From a virus (lineage: Duplodnaviria > Caudoviricetes): a DNA stretch of 54,272 nucleotides. The stretch covers positions 1 through 54,272 of IMG/VR virus record IMGVR_UViG_3300035701_000040. One strand, 5' to 3'. The number at the start of each line of letters is the position of its first letter. The first letter of the stretch is position 1. Of the stretch, positions 8,504-17,200 are shown in pieces. The translations under genes and the position numbers were made by a program. A model generated the notes under the pieces. The model saw nothing but the letters and a program-made list of their open reading frames with translations, made no database searches and was not told where the DNA came from.

Positions 8504-9853
8504 TCATGGTCCGATATAGGCATCGTCAATCACGATGTCGTCCCAGTAACGCAATTCATCTACCGCCATGTAGTTGTAGCGGTTCGTCTGCCTGCCGTAA
8601 GAAAAGTACTGTACCGGAGCAGGGCAATTCCCGTTAACTTTGAAAGTCGTTGTGCTGTAGACCTGCACACCATCCACCCACAGCCGCACGATGCCGTTGT
8701 AGGGCGGCGAGGCGCTAGGTGTGTTGAGTTGTACTTCCAACTCCAGAGAGTACCAAGTATCAAAACTTAGATTGGCAAGATCATAGACAACTGCCTGTGA
8801 CCCGTAACAGGTCGCGCCCTGTCCAAGTATGGATAAATGTAATACCGTGGGAGTGTTAGTCCAAGAGTTCAAAACAAGTGAGTAAGTGCCCCCACCTCCC
8901 GCGCCGGAATCCGAAATCCAAATGAGTTTCCTCTGCGTGATGGAGGTATCAGGACTTGTTGGAGTTTTGACGCGCAGATAACCGCGTGTGAAAAAGTGTG
9001 TCTGTGTGGGAATAATGACCTCAACGGCGTACCGATTGAAGTCCTGCGAGTTCGCTCCACAGGCAGGATTCGTGCTGTCTCCACAGATGAAATACTGCTG
9101 TTGATAAGCGTAAGTGCCACTGCGTTTAATCGTTGATTGAACGGTTGGCGGATATGTCCCGTTGCCGGAACCAAGTCCGGTCCACGCCGAGAAATTTCCG
9201 CTCTCGAAGCCGTCTGAGAAGAGATATGTTCCTCCTGCCGCAATGGTCGCCGCAAGCGCCCGGTCAAACGTCTGCGCTGTGGCACTCGAATCTGTGACGC
9301 GGACCGTGAAGCTATAGATACCCGAAGCGGTGGGAGTGCCACTGGCAATACCAGTCGTAGGCATACTAATTCCAGGTGGAAGCGCCCCGCCCGGAATAGT
9401 CCAGGAATACGGTGCGGTGCCGCCCGTGGCTTGTAGGGTGGTGCTATAAGCGGACCCTACTACCCCGCTCGGCATACTGTTCGTGGTGATAGAGACAGAT
9501 GGTGTAGGAGCAGGTGCCGAACCCGAGATAACGATGTAGAGCCCTTGGTTGTCTACCGTAGGCGTACCCGCCGAGTCTACAATATGCACCACAAAGCTGT
9601 ATGTGCCATTAACTACAGAGGTGCCTGAAATGGCCCCGGTACTGGCGTTGATGACATTAAAGCCCGTAGGCAACGCCCCACTACCAATGCTCCATGTATA
9701 AGGTTTGGTGCCAAACTTTGCCTTGACAGTCGCGGAATACGCCACTCCATTCTGGCCCGCGACGAGACTCCGGGTATAGATGTCCACAGGCTTGACGGCC
9801 CAGGCAGGTAGCGCCAGTAGGATGATGCTGAACAGCAGGGTAAGTCGTTTCAT
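8504..9853 (-). CDS. Signal-peptide protein with two putative Ig domains and a C-terminal jelly-roll (lectin/lyase-like) domain
   Basis: MKRLTLLFSIILLALPAWA signal; two GGTAPYSW..GALPPG..SGTPT..GTYSF repeats; FSDGFESG..WYSLELEV..WVDG. Confidence 0.75.
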   Translation of the reverse strand: MKRLTLLFSIILLALPAWAVKPVDIYTRSLVAGQNGVAYSATVKAKFGTKPYTWSIGSGALPTGFNVINASTGAISGTSVVNGTYSFVVHIVDSAGTPTVDNQGLYIVISGSAPAPTPSVSITTNSMPSGVVGSAYSTTLQATGGTAPYSWTIPGGALPPGISMPTTGIASGTPTASGIYSFTVRVTDSSATAQTFDRALAATIAAGGTYLFSDGFESGNFSAWTGLGSGNGTYPPTVQSTIKRSGTYAYQQQYFICGDSTNPACGANSQDFNRYAVEVIIPTQTHFFTRGYLRVKTPTSPDTSITQRKLIWISDSGAGGGGTYSLVLNSWTNTPTVLHLSILGQGATCYGSQAVVYDLANLSFDTWYSLELEVQLNTPSASPPYNGIVRLWVDGVQVYSTTTFKVNGNCPAPVQYFSYGRQTNRYNYMAVDELRYWDDIVIDDAYIGP

Positions 9854-9860
9854 AGTGCTC

Positions 9861-10826
9861 CTAGAAATTGCTTTCGATGTACATCCATGCCCGCTTGAAA
9901 TTCTGCGTCGTTGGAGTACAGACTACGCACGTCACAGTGCTGACATAACGCAAAGGCGTAGCGGTCGTAGGAAGGTTCACTATCGCTGTGCGCACCAGCA
10001 CTCCGTCAATGTAGAACAGGAAGCTAACCCCGGGATTCTCTAGAATCTCGAAGTAGTGCAAGCTAGTGTCCGCCGCAACTCCACTGCTCACCGAACTCTG
10101 GGTTGCGTTGTCCTTCGTGACACACATGAAATTCGCGCCAACCACCGATGAGTACAGGAACGCTGCGTAGTTTCCCGCAGGGTCATCTGCCGCTCCCATC
10201 GTCGCAACTGTTTGGTCTGAGAGTCCCCACCAATCGCGCCGCGTGGTAGTGGTTGAAAGGATTCGGTAATCCTGCCGATAGAGTGTGCGGCCAACTACGT
10301 AATTGAGATTCCCAGTCTCAGAGGCTACGTTGGCATTGGTGGTGGTTGTCGTGAACTGTGTAACCGATGGAGCGGTAGCCGATGCAGCAGCATTAGCAAT
10401 CGTTCCGCCTTGCGTGAATATGTCTCCCGTTCCAAGGGTGGTAGAGCCTGTAGCCTGAACCAGCGTCCAACGCCGCGTATTGGGAAGTGGGACGGCCCCC
10501 ATTGCGGAAGCGAAGGTCTTGAAGCTGGGGGCGGCGGCTGCACCAGATAAGGGTCCAGCAAATATATAGTTGGCGCTCGCCGTGGCCACACCTGTTCCAC
10601 CGTTCGCCACAGGGAGCAACCCCAAAACGTCTCTGGTAAGGTTCACCTGTGATACAGCAGCAATAGTCAGCATCGCCGCGAGCAGGACTCCAATTATAAA
10701 GAAGGTTATACTAAGCTTTGACCGTTTTCGTGACGTAGCCCTCCTTCTCCCAGGATTATAGGTGGAGTGAGGAGCGTTATCCTCCATTGAGTTTATTACG
10801 AAAAGTGAATTGTCTTCTTCTCTCAT
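9861..10826 (-). CDS. Fibre-like protein with N-terminal signal/TM segment and lectin-like C-domain
   Basis: Basic plus hydrophobic N-region; LLPVANGGTG fibre motif; FYIDG..NLP C-domain. Confidence 0.7.
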   Translation of the reverse strand: MREEDNSLFVINSMEDNAPHSTYNPGRRRATSRKRSKLSITFFIIGVLLAAMLTIAAVSQVNLTRDVLGLLPVANGGTGVATASANYIFAGPLSGAAAAPSFKTFASAMGAVPLPNTRRWTLVQATGSTTLGTGDIFTQGGTIANAAASATAPSVTQFTTTTTNANVASETGNLNYVVGRTLYRQDYRILSTTTTRRDWWGLSDQTVATMGAADDPAGNYAAFLYSSVVGANFMCVTKDNATQSSVSSGVAADTSLHYFEILENPGVSFLFYIDGVLVRTAIVNLPTTATPLRYVSTVTCVVCTPTTQNFKRAWMYIESNF

Positions 10827-10830
10827 ATTC

Positions 10831-11733
10831 TCACCATGGCGCGAATGTCATCCCTCCCCAAGAATAGCGAAATGTTCCCCCGGTGCTTTGTGGACTGCAA
10901 GCGAATCCACCTACACTCAAGAGAGTCCCAGCCGCAGGAAGATTGTCAGACCGTGTGGCTACACTGACACCATCAATGTAGAAATCGAAGCCCGTACCGA
11001 TGTCCACGATTAAGAAAGTGTGGTTATTCGTGTCCACAGTTATTCCGGTGTCTGAGGTAGAGCCTCCGCCAGCAGTGTCATTCGTGTAGGCTTGCCAAGT
11101 GGTCAGGTCCGCTGAGCATCCTGCTCCTGCGCCGTCGTTGCAGTAGTGAAAGCACGCGATGGCTGTAGCAGCAGGGTCGTCAGAGTTCCTGAATCCGGTG
11201 TTGTCACACCCGAACCCAAACCATGCTCTTGTATCAGTGGTCTGCACAAGTGCCATGCGAGTGAAAAAAATGGCTGAAGTCTGCAATGTCTTAATCTTGG
11301 GATTGCTACTACCAAATGCCCAATGTCCAAAATCATTCGTACATGTCGTAGCTCCCCAAGTTTGAGCACAGTGCGTTCCTAGAGTGGCATTCGCTAATGT
11401 TTCAGTGCAGCCTCCTGCGGTAACGGCGGCATTAAAGCCAGTTCCATTTACAGTCGAGCCATCTGCTATGAGGAATGCAATGAGCCGTGTCTTGGGCGTT
11501 GCCAGATGCGCAGTCTCCAATATCTGCATAGGGACTCGGAAGCTGTAGGCTGCTGCTCCCCCGGAGGCTGGCCCTGCGAGCACCGTTCCTGCTGCTGCTG
11601 TAGCAGTCGCAGTCCCTGCGTTGGCGATGGGCAGGAGGCCCGTAGCCTGATTGGTCAAGTTAATCCGCGTCACTGCCGCAAGACTCAGCAGCGCCAGCAG
11701 GTAGATGCAAAGGATTGGGGTCGCCTTCTTCAT
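10831..11733 (-). CDS. Signal-peptide fibre-like protein, paralog of 9861-10826
   Basis: Likely start at MKKATPILCIYLLALLSLAA, just after the upstream stop; LLPIANAGT..AGPASG; FYIDG..NLP. Confidence 0.7.
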   Translation of the reverse strand: MKKATPILCIYLLALLSLAAVTRINLTNQATGLLPIANAGTATATAAAGTVLAGPASGGAAAYSFRVPMQILETAHLATPKTRLIAFLIADGSTVNGTGFNAAVTAGGCTETLANATLGTHCAQTWGATTCTNDFGHWAFGSSNPKIKTLQTSAIFFTRMALVQTTDTRAWFGFGCDNTGFRNSDDPAATAIACFHYCNDGAGAGCSADLTTWQAYTNDTAGGGSTSDTGITVDTNNHTFLIVDIGTGFDFYIDGVSVATRSDNLPAAGTLLSVGGFACSPQSTGGTFRYSWGGMTFAPW

Positions 11734-11735
11734 GT

Positions 11736-13454
11736 TCAATACCTGTAGTCGCAGACCAGTCCCGTATCGCCTGTCTGAAAGGTTCCCACAGTTGTAACCG
11801 TGGCGAGGCTGAGGGTGTAGTCTGCTGTGAGTTTGAAGCGCAGACCGTTCCCATAGCAATGCAAGCCAGTCGATGGATTTGGAACCTGCGGTAGAACATA
11901 GGTCTGATTGGCGCTGTTGATGGCCCCAGTGGGCACGATACCGTCCGCAAACTGTGTTGTAGGTACGGCTGCTCCGTCTGCTGCCGCTTGCAAGAGCACG
12001 TTGTCGATGTAGAATCCGATGCTCGCTCCGCCACCTGAAACCGTAGCCTTGAAGGTTGTCACGAGATTCTGGCCGGTGTTGAACAGCGACAACGGGAGCA
12101 CTACAAGTTGATAGCTTCCTGTAGTAGAGGAGGTGAAGCCAAATGTCCCTGACTTCAACGATACCGGCAGACCAACCTGAGTTGTGCCATTGAGCCACGT
12201 CAGAGTCAGTCCTTTAGCAGCAGCCCAAGAAGCCTTGGAGCGAATGCGGAAGCCGATAGTTGCGTAACTCGCCAGATTCTCCGTAGCCGCTGCGGGCTTC
12301 GTGAACGTGACGTAGTTGGTTGCTACCGCCGTGGTTGCTTCGACATCCTTAGTTCCGGCGTAGGGATTGCTAGTTGAAGCAGCAGCAAAGTTGGCGGATA
12401 CCGCAGTCGTCCATTCCGTGTTTTCCAGATAGATATCGACCGTCGAGAAGTTTGAGGGCACAACCGCAGAAGTGTCCACGTAAGCAAAGCCCAGTTCAAC
12501 CTGCGATGTGGGGTCAATACTTGGCTTGGCGGCTGGAGTCGCTGCGGTTCCCTTGACTATAACAACCGCACCTGCGTCATTTGCCGCAAACACGTCTATA
12601 CGGGGGTTCGCGCCATTTGCGGCATCAAGTGTCAAGTCAGTCTGTGCTGAGGAGTAGGTGTTGCCCGCAACGTAATACTGAGCCACTGAGACGGTGAAGT
12701 TAAGAAGGCTTGTCCATACCACTCCCCCACCTGAGATGAGGCCGCTGCCAATAATTGTAGTCGTCCCGCCCGTTGGAGCATTAATGAACTCAAGAGCCGT
12801 TTCGCCTGGATTGACAGCAGTAATCTTCCCTGCCTGCCCAGAATAACTCGAAGGTGTATCAGTCAGTCCCAGAAACGTAGTCGTGCCAATAGGACCAGTC
12901 GCACTGCCGTCGTATGAGAAGCATGGCAACCCGGTCACGGGGTCAAATCCGAACAACCCCACATTCGCCTCGGAGGTTCCGCACGCCTCGCCTGTAATCT
13001 CAATCGGATGGTCAGTCGAGAAGTTTCCCGTCACATACAGGTCGTTGTCAATCAGGGTGCTTCCAAAGAGCGTCTTGTTGCCGCCGATGCCCTGTGCTCC
13101 AGTCGTCACCAGTCCTCTTGCCGTAGCGCTGGCATCAGGTATGTTGAGTGTCACACTACTGACATCAAGCAGCCAGTTAACATCGGTGCCGCTCGTGCCG
13201 GTGAGCAGGGTAGGAAGTGCGCTGGGATTGATGACACCACCACTGCCAATACCGATTGCCACATAGACGTTGCTCTGACAAGTATATACAACTCCTGTCC
13301 AAGCTGTGAACACGCTTGGTGCTGTGCAGCGAGTAGGCACTACGCGGCCAGCGATGTAGAGCCCGAAGTTCTGTTGGCTCGACGAGCCTCCAGGCTGCGC
13401 CCAGCTAAGCTGAGCTGCGAGCATTAGTGCTAAGAGCAGAATGAACTTCTTCAT
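11736..13454 (-). CDS. Signal-peptide fibre-like protein with carbohydrate-binding-like domain
   Basis: MKKFILLLALMLAAQLSWA|Q signal; PDASATARGLVTTGAQ and FLGLTDTPSSYSG fibre motifs; NPRID motif; FYIDNVLL. Confidence 0.7.
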   Translation of the reverse strand: MKKFILLLALMLAAQLSWAQPGGSSSQQNFGLYIAGRVVPTRCTAPSVFTAWTGVVYTCQSNVYVAIGIGSGGVINPSALPTLLTGTSGTDVNWLLDVSSVTLNIPDASATARGLVTTGAQGIGGNKTLFGSTLIDNDLYVTGNFSTDHPIEITGEACGTSEANVGLFGFDPVTGLPCFSYDGSATGPIGTTTFLGLTDTPSSYSGQAGKITAVNPGETALEFINAPTGGTTTIIGSGLISGGGVVWTSLLNFTVSVAQYYVAGNTYSSAQTDLTLDAANGANPRIDVFAANDAGAVVIVKGTAATPAAKPSIDPTSQVELGFAYVDTSAVVPSNFSTVDIYLENTEWTTAVSANFAAASTSNPYAGTKDVEATTAVATNYVTFTKPAAATENLASYATIGFRIRSKASWAAAKGLTLTWLNGTTQVGLPVSLKSGTFGFTSSTTGSYQLVVLPLSLFNTGQNLVTTFKATVSGGGASIGFYIDNVLLQAAADGAAVPTTQFADGIVPTGAINSANQTYVLPQVPNPSTGLHCYGNGLRFKLTADYTLSLATVTTVGTFQTGDTGLVCDYRY

Positions 13455-13458
13455 GTGT

Positions 13459-13857
13459 TCACCTTGTCAGCCTTGCTGTGAGTGCCACGTTGTTCGTCAG
13501 AGTAACGACCACCAGCCGGGTGAAGCGGCCCTTGATGGGCGACAGCTCCACACGAGCTGTGAAGTAGGTGCTATCTACCGCGTTGATGACCCCCGCTGCG
13601 GCAAGCGTCTGGTAGTAATTGTTAGTGTCGGTGTCTGCATCCTGAATGTCAATCTCGAAAGCACCGGGGGCGGCAGCGAATAGGACTTCAATGGAACAGG
13701 ATGGCGCGTTCGCTCCATAAGGCCCAGAGTTGGCGAGCCCGAACGGGATGCTAGCCACAGGCACAAGGGCGCTCAACCCCGTTTCAGCGTCGAAGAATAG
13801 CCCTTGCTGACCGGGGAATAGCGTTGTGGGGGGTACGGTGTTCGAGTAGACTGGCAT
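13459..13857 (-). CDS. Hypothetical beta-rich, probably structural protein
   Basis: AGAGGAG RBS; tightly packed in the late arm. Confidence 0.6.
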   Translation of the reverse strand: MPVYSNTVPPTTLFPGQQGLFFDAETGLSALVPVASIPFGLANSGPYGANAPSCSIEVLFAAAPGAFEIDIQDADTDTNNYYQTLAAAGVINAVDSTYFTARVELSPIKGRFTRLVVVTLTNNVALTARLTR

Positions 13858-13869
13858 CTGAGTGCTCCT

Positions 13870-14049
13870 CTAATAGCGTAGCGCTACTCGCTTCGAGCGC
13901 TTCCGCCCTCTAACTGTACGCTTCTTACCACGTCGGCGGCCCTCTGTCAAGGCCGCTTTTGCCTCGTCAGCGGGGTACTCTACGCGAGGGTCGCCTCCGG
14001 GGGTGTCCACACGCTCATCTTGCTGGTCGCCCATTGCGGTGCCGCTCAT
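13870..14049 (-). CDS. 59-aa protein with acidic N-half and Arg/Lys-rich C-half (absent from the ORF track)
   Basis: Translated by hand as MSGTAMGDQQDERVD..GRRRGKKRTVRGRKRSKRVALRY; AAGGAG RBS; ATGA overlap with the upstream gene. Confidence 0.65.
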   Translation of the reverse strand: MSGTAMGDQQDERVDTPGGDPRVEYPADEAKAALTEGRRRGKKRTVRGRKRSKRVALRY

Positions 14050-14258
14050 TTGTGGCTCCTTCGGGTGCGGTGGCGCTGCTTGCGCTTGGTGCGCCTACCG
14101 ACCCGTCGGTAGGTTCCCCTTGACCCTAGGCGGCCCGAGCGCTCCATTCCATAAGCAGCACCGGCAGCTTCCTCAGCAGTCTTGCCCTCACGACGCAAGA
14201 GAGCAATCTTCGCGCTAACTCGCTTCTGAGCTTCACGGCCTAGCTTCTTGCGTTTCAT
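14046..14258 (-). CDS. Small, highly basic protein
   Basis: ATGA overlaps at both ends; VSAKIALLRREGK..AAGAAYGM; Arg-rich tail. Confidence 0.65.
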   Translation of the reverse strand: MKRKKLGREAQKRVSAKIALLRREGKTAEEAAGAAYGMERSGRLGSRGTYRRVGRRTKRKQRHRTRRSHK

Positions 14259-17200
14259 TGTGGCACCTGCTGCTCGGTTTGAAGTTGACGTAGGGCTGGT
14301 GTCATCCCCGGCCCCTCCCGCTCAAACGCGTCAATCTGGCGAATCACGATGCGGGTGTGGGTGGGGACAGCCATGCTCCTCTTTAATGTTGGCTCTCCTG
14401 GGTCCATGTAGATATCAGCCGGTATAGACTTCTCCACACTCACCTTCTCCACTCTCCACCGCCCGAAGGTGAGAGCTTCCTGCTCCTCGAATGCTGACAT
14501 AGGAGCGACGTTGATGCGCTTCACGGGGCCGATAGTCTCGAAGACGAATTTGCCTTCAGCACTTCCAATGCTCATTCTCTTACCGCTAAAGGACTCCGCA
14601 ACCTGCTTTGCATCAGCAAAGCTCATCAGGCGGTCAAGCTCAATAATGTCGCCGGGCTTGAGGGCTTGAAGCTGCTGACGGCGCAACGAAGGGCCAGTTA
14701 TGCTAGATGTCTCTAGGAACTCCCCTCGATACACCCTCACCTGTTCAGGCACAGCAGTCTTGATGGCGTTGACCAGAGCTTGAGCACCCTTGGCGAACTC
14801 CTCGGGTGGGTGAATGCTCTCAGTGTGCCCATCAGCCATTAGCACCGGCCAGCCTTCGACGATGGTGCGACCACGGCGGTCGTAGATGGAGCTGCGGGCC
14901 GCTGCCAGCGCGTCGGCACCGCGCAGAATCTTGCTGGAGATGTCCTGCATAATGCCGAGTCCGGGGTCGCCATGAACATAGCGCCTCGCACCATCGAGGA
15001 GGTTGCGGACGGAGGGGAGGGAGCGATAGGCTTCAGCGAGCTTCGTGGACTGTTCCACTAATTGAGCAACACCGCGCTCTCCGAACTTGTTCTTGAGGGT
15101 TCCCTGCGTCAGCATAACGTCGGAGCTCTCCGCCCACGGCTTTCCCGGTTTGAAATTGACAGCGGCCGCTACTGGAGAGAACCCTAGCTTCAGCATAGAC
15201 TCAATGTTGTACAAAGTCTGTGTATGGGCGAAAGGCTTGCTCTCCTTGAGTTCAGAGAACATCTTGCGAGTAACCTCAGCAGGAATCCTATTCATCAACT
15301 CCGTCGCACTCCGCACCGCCATCTCCTCAGCTTGTGGGCTCAGCTTGCCACGGCTGGCTGCGAACGCCACAAGAGCCCCCAGCGCGATGCTCGCCTGCTT
15401 CACTTCGGGCTGGTCGAGGATTTGCAGCTCGGAGCGGGGCTTGCCTTCCACTGGCTCCGACTGCTCATACAACTCTCGAATCCGCTTGCGCAGTGGGAGT
15501 GGAGCTTTCCTTAGCTGTCGTTGCAATCTCTCCTGCTCACGACCCCGAGGAGCGGAAGGCCGTCCGCTCATATAGGGCTTGACCACGTACTCTTGCACAT
15601 AGCGGTAAAGGTCGCGTTCGCTGGCGATGCTCATGGGGGTCACACCAATGGCGTAGAGCACGCGGTCAGTTAGGGGGATGTTGCGCTGGATGACTGCTCC
15701 AGGGATGCGGTTCCCAGCGCGGTCGCGTCCAGGTACAGGGTCACGTAATATGCCTTGGCGCAGGTCGGTGAGGAACACCTCATGCAGCCTGCGGGCTTGC
15801 GGTGAGACGTTGCGCAGGAGGTTGACTCGCGCCTCGTCGCTGGGTCTGCCCTCCCCAGCCGTGAGGTAAGTAAGCGCATTGTTCAAATCGGAGATTACCG
15901 GAGACATGACATCGCGGGGTGAGATAAGCTGTGGCCCGAAGTATTCGGAGAATCCGATGTTGCGGGTGAGGTCAACCCCCGCGAGTCCTGTGACGCCCCG
16001 CACAGTCCGTGGGTAGCGAATCTTCAGCTCATCGAGCGGGCTGATGGCTGCTTTCATTAAACCAGCCCGCGCAAGCGCACCAGTACCAGCCTTGATGATG
16101 TCGTCCAAGAAGTCGATGCCTGGGAGCCCCACGAGACCGACCGTAGCGATTAGAGCTGTCCAAAAGCGAGCGGCTTCCTCACCCTTGAGCCCTAAGATGA
16201 ACTCCATCTGCTTGAAAGCAAAGGTCTTGAACTGCTTGAGGCTTGCTGGTAGCATCCTCAGAACATATGGGCTGTCCAACTTACCGTACAGGAAGTTGAC
16301 CCGTATATTGCCTTCAAGAGCGGCCCGGATTGCCCCCTCGCGTGATGCACCCTGCGCGAGTGCTCGCTCATAGAACCCTGTAGCTGCGATGCTGATGTTA
16401 GCGGCTTCTGTTCCACGGAACATGAACAGGCCAGAGTCTATTACTGCTTCCCCCGCAGCACCAGGGACTTCGCGCAGGGAGCGGGGCCGGTATCCACTCA
16501 CGTAATCTCGGAACGTGGACTCCTCAACCTTGGACGCCAACTCACGGACCCCTAAGTGCCGGAGTAGCCACTCATGCGTGCCCTTTACATATCCTCGATA
16601 CCCCTTTAGAGTCCACTCAGTCCCTAGCACCGACCATGTGTTGTATAGAGTCTGCGTATGGTTGACAGCAGCCGCTACGGGGCTGAAACCCAACTTCAGC
16701 ATAGACTCGATGACGACGATAGCTCGGTCAGCTCGTGCGAGCGTGTTTGGATTCCAGCCTTGGAGAGCGAAGTAGCGGCGCAGCGAGGCTTCGAGCTTGT
16801 TAGGACGGCCCTCAGCAACGTCAATGAAGTCGTCCAGTGCTCCCAGAATCTCCGCTCCCGTGCGGCGTGGCAAATCAGTGGTCTGCGCGGGCTTGTCACC
16901 TAAGCGCTTTGCTAGAGCATTGCGGTAGTTCTGTAGCTGCGGGCGCAGCTTCACCATCTGAATGGCCCGCTCCATACCGCGCACATAAAGGTTGAAGGCT
17001 TCAGGAGTCCGCAGCCAGCCAGGAAGGTTAGAGCGTCGAGGTTGAGTAGCACCAAAGAATCTGGCACCTGCTTTGGGAGGCCCATAGGCTGCTGCTCCAG
17101 CAGACCGCTTTAGAGCGTCAATAGCAGCTTCCAGTTCTGCTCCTTCCAACTTGGAAGCCTCCTGAATCTGCTTGGCAAGGCGGCGCAGTCTCCCTGTCCC

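Noticed and set aside
10831-12198. 455-aa version of this ORF
   Set aside because: The first 155 codons overlap the upstream gene in another frame; the credible start is ATG 11733, which begins a signal peptide.
15155-16711. Diversity-generating retroelement TR/VR pair
   Set aside because: The differences are synonymous and not adenine-specific, and there is no reverse transcriptase gene.
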